From assembly GCA_907165135.1 (NCBI GenBank), contig OU015567.1, forward strand, positions 5,332,001 to 5,396,000: a stretch of DNA of 64,000 nt, in the 5' to 3' direction. The notes beneath the pieces are model-generated. The model had not been told where the DNA came from. It did not search any database and was given only the letters and a program-made list of their open reading frames with translations. This DNA comes from Oikopleura dioica. Its lineage: Eukaryota; Animalia; Chordata. Numbering within the stretch: the first letter of the stretch is position 1; each line of letters opens with the position of its first letter. Below are positions 24,100 through 36,850 of the stretch, piece after piece. Position numbers and translations under genes: made by a program.

Positions 24100-24287
24100 A
24101 TCTTATTTATAGACCGTTTCATAAGACTATTTATACAATTGCTTTTGTACAAGCATTATAAAAATATAAATGAGCATCATAAATGTGACTACTCCAAAGG
24201 AATTTTTCCTTTAGATGCCTTTTATAGGAATGACGCTTATATAATTGGTTGTATAAATAGTCTTATGAAAGGGTCTATAAATAAGAT
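24100..24287. mobile_element. AT-rich hairpin MITE
   Basis: ATCTTATTTATAGACC.TTTCATAAGACTATTTATACA versus TGTATAAATAGTCTTATGAAA.GGTCTATAAATAAGAT. Confidence 0.65.
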
Positions 24288-24458
24288 GATATTAATAAGA
24301 TGTTACAGAAGGTAAGCAGTAACATAACCTTAAATAAGGATGAAGCCTTCAGAGCTTTATATAATTCAAAAATTAAGAGCATCATCGAAAAAAAAGAGTC
24401 GAAGAGGATTTTATTTTTAGAACATGTCATTTGTTGTCAGAGGGAAAGAAGAGTTTCT

Positions 24459-25706
24459 TCAGTTGTCGCTTCCAAATTCTCGGATTCCGTTGATGACCTG
24501 AGCTCCAAAGTCCTTCGCATCGGTCACAAATCGTTCCCAATCAATTTCTACAAGAACATCAAGATCGTTTCACGACAGAATTCCTCACCTTTGAGCCCTT
24601 CAGAAATCTTTCCGAGCAATTCTTGAGTCGTTCCGGCCACTCCATTCGCAAAAGTTGAGAGACATTCTCCGACCCACTTTTAACGGATTTGCAAAATATT
24701 TTTTTCTTTTTATTTTCAATTCAATATTATTTCAAATCCTCTCCTTCCGGAAGTCAGCGTCACTCATGCTCACTCGCATTCCTTCAGCGAGGAGCGCTAC
24801 ATCTGATTCTTGAGTCTAAAAAATGAAGATGATTTTTGAAGATTCGATTGCTCTAATTTCAAATCGAAAAGCTGCTTGCGGCTTAGAGTTAAAAAAAAAT
24901 TTAGCCGCGCGGGCGCGGCTTTTTCATTTTTCTCTTGACTCGAAAACCTGTGTTGAAATCCTGACTGACGGTCTCAATAAATGACCAAGCCTGAGTCAGG
25001 ATTTCAACACAGGTTTTTGAGTCAAAATAATAATGAAAAAGCCGCGCTTCGCGCGGCTCCAATCTTTCTTAAACTCGGAGCCGCAAGCGGCTTCTCAATT
25101 TTGCCTCGAATTTTCGAGTCTAGAAACATTTTTAAAGCTCTTACAACAAGGCATTTTCGCAAGATATTCTTCTCCGCTTCGCTGTCGATTCCATTTTCCT
25201 CATCGTCGGTGTTGAATTTCTGAGCATATTCGTCGATCTTTTCCAGGATCTTCTGGCAGCGGTCCATTTGTCTTTTCTCGACTTGGAAGAGCTCCTGGTT
25301 GTCGTACACTTCAAAGAGCTCCTCGTCATCGCAGGTTTCTTCGATGCATTCGCGCTCCAAGTTGCCGTCTTTGGTTTCTTCCCAGCTGTGCCAACTAAGG
25401 TAATAGAATCTTTTAATGAAAATCAAAATGCAACAAAATATGCTTTTTGCTCGGTCGATTTTTGAAAAATCTCAACAAATTATCTCATAGAAAGAAAATT
25501 TTTTCAAAAAAAATATTTACCAAAAAATAATACTTTTCTGGAGTTTTTTTTCAGAAATTAAAAAAAAACTTACACTAACCCTAACCCTTATTTTGACTCT
25601 ACCTGTTTGCTCTTCTAGTTCTACTCTTCAAAAAGCCCGTTGCTTCATCTTTCCCGATAAAAGCTCCTCTTGTGATTCCGAGAAAAATGAAAAGAGAAAG
25701 TTTCAT
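24459..25706 (-). CDS. Secreted Gla-domain (vitamin K-dependent) protein with a non-EGF, non-protease C-terminus
   Basis: MKLSLFIFLGITRG-AFIGKDEATGFLKSRTRRANS|WHSWEETKDGNLERECIEETCDDEELFEVYDN is a signal peptide, propeptide and Gla domain. Later exons end IDWERFVTDAKDFGAQVINGIREFGSDN*. One 3' junction needs a non-canonical donor. Confidence 0.82.
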
Positions 25707-25899
25707 TTTGGATTTTTTTTATATTTTTCTTGGAAAATGCGTTGTTTTTACCCGGTTTTATGGGAAAGATCGTGTTGTTAATCAATATTTGCGATAAACA
25801 ACGGCATGGAGAATTTCATATTTACGCAGGGTGTTTTTTTGATTCTTTATTTTCTTTTGAATTTCATGGGCCTATATTATCATTTCCAAAAAACGCGAT

Positions 25900-26400
25900 A
25901 AAAAGTAGCACAACATCAAAGTACCGTAAAACCAATTTCCTGTCTATCTTTGCGAAAATTCCTGCCACACGATGAAGTAGAGTACTTTTACTTCCTGCTC
26001 ATCCTTTATAATCGACGGATCTCTTGATATTTTCATCAATAAATTCAAGACTCTTCAAGAGAAATTTAATAGTGAGAATTCCTGGATTAAAAATCGACCT
26101 TTTTTGTGATATGATCAAGTTTTTTTTTTAAACTGTTCGTACCACAAAGAGGTCGTTTTTTACTTCAAATAATCGACGATAAAAGAAAAACAGAAAAACA
26201 AGAGTCGAAAATTTGGGGCAAAAGTCGAACTTTATTCATAGCTTCGAGGATCTATTTTCACGGAGAAAATCCGAGTAATTGAATTCCCCCAATTCGCTAT
26301 GCGGATCGAATCGTAAACTCGATCTTCACGTTGAAAGAAAATACGAATCGGCACTATTTAAGCCAAGAGAGGACCCCATCCGGGCTCAGACGGTGAAAAA
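25900..26400 (+). promoter_or_regulatory. Conserved upstream region of the tandem astacins (paralogue at ~28250-28700)
   Basis: Shared non-coding blocks CCGTAAAA..AATTTCCTGTCTATCTT, CCACACGATG, TTTTTGTGATATGATCAAG, GTTCGTACCACAAAGAGGTCGTTTT, AACTCGATCTTCACG and CACTATTTAA (TATA-like at 26355 and 28684). Confidence 0.65.
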
Positions 26401-26407
26401 AGATTTG

Positions 26408-28114
26408 ATGAAGAAATTTTTTCTTTTCGTTTTTGGCACTTTTGCCAGCGGACAACTTCAAATTGTCACTTCCAGCGATCCGGATCCCTCTGGACCTCCC
26501 GATCCGGCCCTTGACTGGCATAACGGACCTCAAGGTGACCTGATTTTGACGCCGCTACAGAAGAAACTTCTTCGCCGAGCAGGCTTAGACACTAGCAACT
26601 ACAGTGTAGATACGAAAGTTGAGGAGCAAAAAGGCGTTCAAAGCTGGTTCACGAAATGGTCTTCTTTTAACACCGAAATTTCTGCCGAGGGAAAAATCAT
26701 GATCGCCTACCATCTCGACGAGACAATTCCTGAGGAGTATCATGAGTTAATCCACACAGAACTGGCCGAGTTTTCGTACTCGATCGGCTGTATCGAGATG
26801 GTCCACGATCCGGATTTGGCGTCTGCGAGTGGCATTCATGTCTTCGGCGAGACCTCAGCTGACAGCGGCTGCTGGTCATACCTCGGCAGATGCTGGAATT
26901 GCGGAAGATGGAAGTACCCCCGCATGAAATTGGGCTGGCAAGCTCTTCGTGTGACTGATCGGTGCATCAGAGGAAGCGGGCTGAATCACGAGTTTCTTCA
27001 TGCAATGGGCTTGCTCCACGAGCACGAGCGGCCGGATTTCGAAAAGTACTACGTTCCTCATCCGAAAGGAAACACAATGACGGAAGAAGAGTGGTTCGAC
27101 ACGGGCCACCCTCTTGAACCGAACTCGAATCTGATGTATCTTGGCTTTCAGCTCCTCACCGGAGAATACCCCCGACCCCACCAACTACTCACAACTACGG
27201 ACGCAGAACAAGTTTGGCAAGTTTATTGCCAAGCGGATTATCCCCAATTTCCTCTGCCTCCTCGAACGCAGTGCCCGACACCAGACCTGATTGGCGTTTA
27301 CCGGCCAATTTTCATCCATCGACTTTGCAATGGATACAGAGACTGTCATAACGACGAAGATGAAGGGCTGAGCAACAGCATCATTGTAAGATGCAAGAAC
27401 ACTAACTGGGAATGGTGGACAAACGAGCACAAAGATGCTATCATTCTTCCTTGTGGAAGAAGCGATTGCGATTTCGCTACTCAAACTTGCGAAAACAGCG
27501 CTGATGAAACTACCTATACTTGCATCGACAAACCAACAACAACAACAACCACCACAACAACGACAACAATAACAATATCGTCAACATCAACAACAACATC
27601 AACATCAACGACAACGTCAACAACAACGACTACAACAACATCGACCACTACCACTACAACTCCTGGAGAAGGAACACCCGCTGATAAAGACTACGGTGCA
27701 GAAGCTGTTGATGAAGTTTCTGACATCATAGATGAAATCGACGCGGATCTTGATGCCAAAACGCTCAAACAAGTCAAAAAAGCGGTCAAGAATCTCAAGA
27801 AACTCGTCAAAAAGCTACTGAAGCACAACAAAAAGCTCGAAAAGAAGGACGGCTGTACTTTTGAAGCCCCAAACATCACTCCTATCCGGTAAAAGAGAGA
27901 TTAATCAAACATTTTCTTCATTTTTAATTCTAGCAACGGATGTAACGGACTTGCTGATGCGGAGGGCAATCTTGATGCTTGGACTCGAGCATACGGAATG
28001 AACTGCAAAAAGGACTTTTCAAAGAGGATAAATAGGAGTTCTTATGTCGACCGATTGATTTCAAAGTATTTGACCAAATCGATGAAAACTTTGAATCAAT
28101 CAATTGGATGCTGA
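26408..28114 (+). CDS. Secreted astacin metalloprotease, tandem copy 1
   Basis: Signal MKKFFLFVFGTFASG; HEFLHAMGLLHEHERPD; LCNGYRDCHNDEDE; Thr stalk; helical C-terminal domain completed after a 45-nt intron (27889-27933), ending ...NQSIGC*. Confidence 0.88.
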
Positions 28115-28750
28115 ATTCTAAAAGTTCTGTCTGTTCTTCTTTTTCTTGATAATAAATAGAAATATTTAATGGAAAAAATGTTTTTTTTTTATTTCAAATG
28201 GAGGATTCAATGATCGACTTAAAATATAATGTTTATTGACGAAGAACCAGAAAAGCAGCACAACTTCAAAGCACCGTAAAACAAATTTCCTGTCTATCTT
28301 TTAATAAATTCCTTCCACACGATGGAGGAGAGTCCCTTTTCACTTCCTGCTTTACCCTTTTTACTCAACGCATCCTTCGATTTTCCATCATTCATTTACT
28401 ACAAGAGAGACTTACCATCTGGTCTAGAGAAGAACTGAACTAGTAATCGTCCTTTTTTGTGATATGATCAAGGTGTCATTTTTTTGATTGTTCGTACCAC
28501 AAAGAGGTCGTTTTCTGCTTTAGATCATCGACAAAAAACGAGCCGGGAAAAATTCGTGGCTTGAATAATTAAATCTTGAGTTTCGTGGATTTGTTTTTAC
28601 GAATAAAACTCGCGTAATCGTATTCTATCCGAATCCAATTGTTAACTCGATCTTCACGAACAAAGAAAAATACACACGCGCACTATTTAAATCAAGACAA
28701 AATCGATCACTTCATCAGAACGAAAAAAGTTGACTTGATTTCGTTTTTTG

Positions 28751-30378
28751 ATGAAAAAATTCGCTGTTTCCTTTTTCGGCACTCTTGCCACCGCGAGCGA
28801 TCCACTCGTGCACCCTGATCCGAATTTTGACTGGCACAATGGTCCGCACGGAGATGTGATTCTCACACCGCTGCAGAAGAAAGCTCTCCGTCGGCAAGGC
28901 ATGGACGTTAGCACCTATAAAGTCGACACGACCGTTCAAGAAGATAAGGGCGTCTTGAACTCCTTCGGCAAATGGACCGCTCTGAACTCCGAGGGAAAAA
29001 TCATCGTCCCCTACTATCTCGACGAAACAGTAACTGAAAGCTTCCGCGCCCAGGTCCACGCCGAGCTCGTCGACTTCTCCTACTCCCTCGGCTGTATTGA
29101 GATGGTCCACGATCAAAATCGAACGAATCCGAATGGCGTCCATGTTTTCGGAGAGACCTCGTTTACGGATGGCGGGAATAGCTGCTGGTCCTACGTGGGC
29201 AAATGCACCAACTGCGGGGCAACAGACTATCCAGAGATGAAAGCAGGTTGGCAAGCTCTTCGCCTGCCCGACTGGTGCGTCCAATATGGCGGTACTCATC
29301 ACGAATTTCTTCACGCGATCGGCCTTCTCCACGAGCAAGATCGCCCCGATTTCGAAGAGCATTTCAATCCCCAAGCCGGCGGCGGCGGGCTTTCTGAAGA
29401 AGCCTGGTTCGATACCGGCCACGTTTTGGAACCAAGCTCGAATCTGATGTACGCTGGCTTTTCGCTCAAAAACGGAGGAGGCTACGCTCCCCACAAGCTC
29501 CTGACAACCACGGATGCAGAGCAAGTTTGGCAGCGATATTGCGCCGCTGACTTTTCGCAGTTTCCGCTTCCTCCTCGTTCGCAGTGCCCAACAATGGATG
29601 TCGTTGGCGCTTACCGGCCGATTTTCGAGCATCGATTTTGCGACGGCTTCAGCAGCTGCTTCAACGGCGAGGACGAGGGGTGGTCGAATAGCGTCATTGT
29701 CAGATGCGAGGGCGGCAAGGCGACTGTTCTTCCTTGTGGGAGAAGCGACTGCGACTTCGCCACGCAAACCTGCGAGAACAGCGCTGATGAAACAACCTAC
29801 ATCTGCATCGACAAAGAAACGACAACTCCAGAGCCAACGGATCCGCCAAATACGACCCCACCAGATACGACTGAGCCGCCAAATACCACTCCACCAGATA
29901 CCACTGAGACATCATACACGATTACTCATCCGACATGGTCGACTGAAACAACAACGAAAGCTGATGAAGATTACGGAGAAGAAGCTGTTGATGAAATTTC
30001 GAACATCATCGACGACACCGTCCTTGATGCCGATCTTGATGCAAAAACTCTGAAAAGAGTCAAAAAAGCGATCAAAAATCTTCAAAAACTCGTCAAGAAA
30101 CTGCTCAAACACAGCGAAAAACTCGTGAAGAAGGATGGATGCACTTTTGAAGCTCCTGGTCTTGGCCCTATCAGGTAAGAAGTCCACTAATAGAAGTGTT
30201 AAAAATAATTTCTAGTGGCGGATGCGGGGGACTTTTGGATGCTGAGTTGAATCTTGAAGCTTGGACTCGAGCCTACGGAAAGCACTGCAAAAAGGACAAG
30301 AACTCCTTTGTTGACCGATTGATTTCAAAGTACTTGACCAAATCCATGGAAACTATCAATGAATCTACTGGCTGTTAA
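28751..30378 (+). CDS. Secreted astacin metalloprotease, tandem copy 2
   Basis: Signal MKKFAVSFFGTLATA; HEFLHAIGLLHEQDRPD; FCDGFSSCFNGEDE; PPNTTPPDTTE repeats; 41-nt intron 30175-30215 at the same position and phase as in copy 1. Confidence 0.88.
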
Positions 30379-30578
30379 ATAAATAAGAATCTGAACCATC
30401 AATATTTTTTGTTGTTTGCAGGGCGAAACACGTGATAAAACTCAATGGACTCGGAAAAAATTGTTCTGGAAGGTCATAAAACTGCGACTGTCGTAATATT
30501 TACAGACGAGTACTCAAATATGCTCCCAACTCAAACGCCCAAAAGTAGAAAAGTGTTGATTTTCAAAGAGAATCAAAT

Positions 30579-32077
30579 ATGGAAAAAACCGAAAAGTCCG
30601 AAGAAGAGAAACCCTCTTGTTTACGTTATTTGCCAACATGTTTACTATTCCTCTATTTGTACTTTTTCCAGGGTTTGTCTTTTGGGCTCGCAAAAATAAT
30701 AGGATTCTCGCTGCGAAAAAGTGGAACTCCTTATGAAAAAATGGCTGTTTATAGTCTCATCGGGTTGCCTTTTGCAATCAAAATATTTTACTCAGTAAGA
30801 AATTTCAAATTAGTTCCTAGCTTTCATTTTTTATAAGTGCATCGTTGATTCGATTTTTATCAAATGGATCGGTCGTCGAAAAACTTGGATAATCTTCTCC
30901 CAAACTGGCATTGCTTGTATTTTGTTCATCATGGGCGCATACATTGAAAGATGGCTTGCAAACGCCGAAGTTTACCCAATTACCTTTCTCATGTTTTTTC
31001 TATTTCTTTCCATTTCTCTTCAAGATGTGGCAACAGACGGCTGGATCATCACAAAGCTTCCAGTGCATCTCAAAGGACTAACTGGCCCAATTCAATCTTT
31101 TGGCATCCAAATTGGTGTGCTAGTTGGTTTTTCTGGCTTGACAAAAGTCGAGGAATACTTGAGCTTGGCAGATTTTTGCACTTATTTTGCCCTTGTCATG
31201 GCTTTTTCGACCTGTTTAATCGCCATTTTCGCCGCTGAAGAACATGAGGCACAAGAGGAAAGGTCCATTTTGCGATGAAAATTGTCCTTTCGAAAGAAAA
31301 CAAATCGACCAATTTAAGACTCCCTCACTTGGGCAAACCTACAAACAGATGGCGATGATATCCTTTGTCTCTCCTGTTGCTTGGTTGATGCTTAATCTGC
31401 TCATCTTCAATTGCATCAAAGCTTGTACGAATCATGGCGGGATTTTTGCACTCAAACTGACGGATAGGTACCCCTTCTTTCTAGCTATTCGCTATTCATT
31501 TCCAGGGGTTTCAAACAAGAATGGATAGCAGAAGCAGAATTCATCCTGATGCCAATGTCAATGGCATTTGTTTGGATCATCGCACCATTTGTCCGAAGAA
31601 AACCGATTCTTTTCCTCTTCCCGATCGCGATTGCTACTACTATTGTGAACATCGCCTCTGGTTTCATTTTGTATTACTACGACGACTTGGTTGACAGTAT
31701 TAAGCTGATCTACTTCGTTACAATGGGGATTGATCATTTATTTACCGCGGCGTTTTATGTCTCGATGGGGTCGTTTTTCGCGCTGATTGGGGATGAAAGA
31801 ATTGGTGGAACGTACCTTTCCTTTTTGTGGTCTATCAATAACTTCAGGTAGAAAGGAGTTGGAAAAGTAGATGGAACATTTTAGTGGTAAAATTTGGGAT
31901 GGATGGATCACCTTCTTCACCGGAGCAATGGAGAGTTTTCCGATGTTTGAGACAAAAAGTAATTCTTCAGAGCTTTCCTTCGAGTCTCACGAGATCGAGC
32001 CATATCACGTGACTTTGATATTCCCACTTGTAGCGGCGCTCGTATGGTTTTTAACTCAAAGGAACTGGTTCAAGTAA
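30579..32077 (+). CDS. SLC33A1: Acetyl-CoA transporter (MFS, AT-1/SLC33 family)
   Basis: LLFLYLYFFQGLSFGL, LPFAIKIFYS|CIVDSIF...GRRKTWII..Q and LQDVATDGW; about four short GT-AG introns. Confidence 0.8.
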
Positions 32078-32657
32078 TACCTTCATAGAAATCGGAAGAG
32101 TTAAGTTGAACCTGAAAATAGTAAAATTGTTCTGCGACTGCACAAGCTATCGTCTGACAAATCAGCGTGGCTAGTGAGCCCAGAAAACGTACCAAACTGC
32201 TTGAAATCCTGCATTTCAAACAATCAAACTGCCGATAAAGATGATCTTCTGGAAGATAAAAGTCTTGCCAAGAGTCTTGACAACTGAATCTGAAAATAAA
32301 AAATACCTTCTGAACATTTTCTGGCATTTTTTCTTTTCTTTTCCTCGAAAATAGTCTTTTCAAATAACGAATTTATTCAGTTTTCAGTCATTCAGTCTTT
32401 TCATTCTCCGCGATTTCGCGATTTTCTTTTGCAACTTTTGAACTTTCCAATAAATAGTAGAGAAGAGTAGCTTTTGAATCATGTGTATTCAAGGGGTTTT
32501 TTTGAAAAGGTATCAATACTAGTCTAGAAATTTCTAGTTTGAGAAGTCGATGGTTTTGGAAAAAAGAAAGGTAACAGGCTAGAGGAGAAAATAATTCAAA
32601 TAGAGGATTGGAAAATTGGAAGATAGGCTACGGTTTCATCTCAAACAGGATTTCGGT

Positions 32658-35600
32658 TCAGATTGGAATCATAAAGAGCAACAGTTTCATGATGATAAAG
32701 GACAGCAGAGCAGAAGTGGGAACTGTGACGACCCAGGCGAGCGCGATGTTGATTACTTGCTTCACTGGGACACCTGTGCGGCCGTAGATTCCGATCGCCA
32801 CGATAGATCCGACCTGAAATCTGAGGAAAACGAGCGCTAGAATCATCGACTTACCTTGCAGTGTGTCGTGGAAACAGGCATTCCAATGGTCGATGCGCCC
32901 AGGACCGTGAACGCGCTCATGAGTTCGATACAGAAGCCCCTCACAGGAGTGATTGTCGTTATGTCTTCTCCCATCGCTTTAATCAGCTAAAATTGGTGAC
33001 TAGAATCATTCTCTTTGCATCTAAGTACCTTTGCGCCGCATGTCCACAGACCAGCTGTGATACCAAGGCCACCAAAAGCGAGCAAATACCAGGGAGCACC
33101 AATATTTGGGTCTTTTACTCGTTCAAATCAGTTTCGTTGCTTCAGGATCCGTGTGGAAACCTGAATCAGGGACCTAAATTTAGAAATAACGCCTTTCAAA
33201 ACCCTGACTCAGGTTTCTACACAGGACATCTGCGTATAATCATCCCTTTTATCTGAAAATTAGCGAAACAAATCTTTTCATTTCTTGAACGCTTCCTATT
33301 CCAAAAACTTCTTCAGGAATCTGCAGTCCTCCAATAATTCTATAAATAAATACAGCCACCAGCGGCCCAATAGCATTCGAAACATCATTCCCGCCGTGCG
33401 CAAACGCGCCGAAACACGAAGTCATTATTTGCAATTTCTCAAAGAGAATGTCGATCCGCTTCTCCGAGAAGGTCTTTTCTACGATGATATCTCCATCGAA
33501 CTCGTTTTCGTCAAACACTCCATTGTCCAGGTCCTGAAAATAGGGGTTCAAATAAGATTTCTTAAATATGAAATTGTCGACATTGTAACTACGGTTTTGA
33601 GTACTAGCTGTTCGTATTACTTAGCTCAGGAACCTGTGTAGAAGCCTGATTCAGGGTCTTGAAAGAGCTTCATGGTTTATTAAAGCTTCTTCAGGACCCT
33701 GACTCAGGTTTCTACACAGGTTCACGAGCCCAGTCATGTTATGAGAGCTGTCTATCTACGAGCGTACGGTACTAAAACAGTATCTACTCATGCATCTTGA
33801 AAGAAAACTTACATCTAAATTGACGGAGCCTGAACTCTTAACAATTTCTCCCTTACAAAAGAACCTCGCTACTTTTCCCTCATACCTTTTCCGTAAATTC
33901 ATATTCATCCCCTTCTCCATCTTTTGGGCTAATGACGATGCCCTGATCCATCCCCGACTCGGACATAAGACGTCCATTGATGCTCGTTATTGTCGGAGGA
34001 AGAGTGAAAGAGCCCCCGGAAGTAAGTCGGATTCGCCCCATCGAAGCTCTGAAGAAACAAAATGAAGAATGAATCCAATAGCTTGAGCTTACGCGCTGGG
34101 GAGAGCCCGGCTACTCGCGAAGGAATCGTTCTTCTCGATATGACTCAGCAAACGGGCGGTCATCAATGGAGCTTGAGGGGTAACGTTCATTTCTGGCATG
34201 CAGAGCTGAAGAAAGAGGTTGAAAAAGGGGATCAAGGGGAGAAATGCGGAAGAAGTACCCTTTTATCAACGATGTTTCTGCTCTGATTGCCATTCTTCTC
34301 GGTCTCTTCCTCCGTATTCTGCTTGACAGTGAGATGAATCTGCTCATTCGGGTTCTTGTCGCCATATTTCTTCATTTCTTCGGCCCACTCATTCTTGAAC
34401 TTGAGCACCAGGAATTTATAACTCAATCCAGCGGCGAGCAGGCCGGAAACAATCGCGATCAGCGGCGAGACATAGGAAGGCACAGCGCATAAGAATCCAC
34501 TTGGGCATTTTTCCTGAAGAGAGATTAGCGGTAGAAAAGGGAGGGTTAGCCAAACCTGGTGATGTGCAAGAGCGTAAATGTTGATAGCCATGGTTGCGAA
34601 GTAGAACAGTGGCAGTAGCAGAAGCGCGAGTTTTTCTCCCTTTTCGTTTTCCGACGTCGAATATTGCTAAAAATAACGCTAGAAATCGTAAAGGGAAGAC
34701 TTAAAAGGCCTAATGATCAGTTAGAAAGATAGAAAATGATAAGAAAAATGGTCAGAAACGGGTTAAATTTCCGATAAATGACGAAAGAAAGCTAAAAATA
34801 TCGCTCAAAGAGCTGAATTTGATAGATAATGCTCGAAAGAGCCTGAAAAATGCTACTGTAAGCGCTAGAAACGCACCTTGAAACAAGAAATCTACCTGTG
34901 ATGGGATCAAAACGCGTTGATGGAGAAACCAAAACATGGTAACAGAAGCTAGACCGGCAATAACAGGACTCAGGAACCAGGAAGCGACGATTTTGAGCAG
35001 CTTTGGCCAGCCAATTCCGTCCCAGCCTTTGCAGGCGACATGAAAACCGACAATCGCGCCGACGATTGAGTGAGTTCCGGAAACAGGAAGTTTTGCTGAA
35101 GGGAAAGATGAAGATGATATTGCTTTTTACCACTTTTCAATTTTTGTTTGCCGTCTATAAAATAGCCAGAATTACGGAATGATGACGTCATTGCTCCACC
35201 ACCGATTTAGATCAAACCACAAAAAGCTTATTTAACACACTATGGACCCTCCCCTACTTGCTGAAAAAGAGATAATTGAAATATCTCGACTCTAAGATAC
35301 TCAAAACCGCTCCACAGTCGAGGAGCAGTCTTAAAAAAAACCTGTTAATCTTCTATCAAAATAATCTGTTACCTAAAGCAGGGCTGCACAATTGGCAAAA
35401 AAATTTGGATTTTTCCAACCAACTGCCAATCCAATCCAACCCAAATTTTGCCAATCCAACCAAATTCCAATCCAATGCCAATTCCAATTGGAAATTTGGC
35501 TGTCCAATCGGCAATTGGAATCAAGCTTCCAATTGGCACGAGTTTTCCAATTGGACAGCCAAATTCCAATTAGAAATCGGATTCTAATTGGAAAATTCAG

Positions 35601-36850
35601 TTTTTATAATAAGTTCACCAATTTTAGTCAGCCAAAAACGCCCGCTGCGCAGGTTCTGTGGTAGGAAACTTACAGATTCGGCCAGGATACACTTCTATTT
35701 ACCCGCCTACTATTGTTCCCAATGAAATATTTCGTTAAAATATCAATCGAATAGTCAAAATTGGTTCTGGCAGTACCAAAAAGCTTTGGTACTGGGAGTC
35801 CCCGACCCCCATATGCGATTATTCGTTAATTCCGACGTTTTGATCAATAAAAAGCTGAGGTTGGCAAAAAGTGGTGGAAATAGTGGGTATGTGGGTGGTG
35901 CTGGGTAGTCTTCGGGACGTTGGTGGGCAGTCTTCGGGCCGTCTCAGCCCCGTTCTTTAATTTATAAATTTAAGGGCGTTTGGAAATTCGGTTTCCGATG
36001 TGGATGGAGGTGGTTTGATCCAATCATTTTGCCAATTTACCAATTGGCGACCACTTGCCAATTGGACCCCCATTTTCCAATTGGAATGGCGATCCAATTG
36101 GACAGACCCGGATTTTCCCGCCCCTTTTCCAACCAATTTACCAATCCAATCCAATTGGAATTGGAAACCAATTGGATTCCAATCCAATTGTGCACCCCTG
36201 CCTAAAGTCGCCAAAATCTGCCACGAAGCTGCTCCAAACATGGCGGATAGCTGCCCGTACATGAGAAGCGTAACATTTTGTCGCCTTTCTTCGTTGTAAT
36301 ATTTATCCGCATAGTAGTGCTCCAGATCGCCGGTGGTTTGGTTGAACTAAACCGTAGGCGAGTTCGACGGTGGGAATACTTACGTTTGACTCGTTGTATT
36401 CAGGGCCCAGATAACTATCCTCAGAGACAATTCCTTTTCTTTTACAGGATAAAAAAGGTTTTCCAAGCTTCAAAAGCTAAAATTTTCGCTTCCCTCGAAG
36501 CCGCAAGCTACTTTTCGATTTATGATACGAAAAATAGCTTGGAAAACGTTCAAATCCTCTCCTGATAGTTGCACCAACGCTTCCCCCAAGCAAAATCGCA
36601 CCAGCAGTTTCAAAAACCGAGGCCAAGATGAATGCCTGCTTCATCGTCAACACTTTAGAGCCGACAGCTGTTCCGAAGGAGTTCGCCACATCATTAGCGC
36701 CAACCGCAAAGGCGAGCATAAAGGCGAAAGCGAACGCCACAACCAGAATCCATGTGGTCGACTCGAGCCATTCGTCGCGGAGCAGCTCTGACGGGGTTTG
36801 AGCGCTTTTCAATGGTGGTAAACAATTGGAGAAGATCACAGAATTTATGA
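32658..36850 (-). CDS. SLC20A1: Sodium-dependent phosphate transporter PiT (SLC20 family)
   Basis: Both PiT signatures ([15 protein letters not shown] and [13 protein letters not shown]), [16 protein letters not shown] and [15 protein letters not shown]. The ATG exon is not located; SLC20A1 versus A2 cannot be resolved. Confidence 0.9.
35379..36200. mobile_element. hAT-like MITE (822 bp) with CCAATTGG-rich subterminal repeats
   Basis: TIRs CAGGGCTGCACAATTGG / CCAATTGTGCACCCCTG (16/17 match); direct repeat CCTAAAG at 35372-35378 and 36201-36207. Confidence 0.88.

Noticed and set aside
28715-29767. 350-aa minus-strand ORF opposite astacin copy 2, and similar long antisense ORFs opposite the CYP, CFAP47 and other astacins
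   Set aside because: These are shadow ORFs from codon bias in real genes, with no recognisable motifs.
30378-30579. Possible operon linking astacin copy 2 and SLC33A1 (200-bp gap, same strand)
   Set aside because: Short spacing alone is not evidence in this compact genome; spliced-leader data would be needed.
32070-32363. Minus-strand 97-aa ORF between SLC33A1 and SLC20
   Set aside because: TTG start, no motif, and the only candidate intron is 17 nt; probably 3' UTR sequence.
35276-36299. Several Asn/Trp/Gln/Pro-rich ORFs on both strands
   Set aside because: They are translations of the CCAATTGG subterminal repeats of the MITE. Only the [20 protein letters not shown] part is real SLC20 exon.
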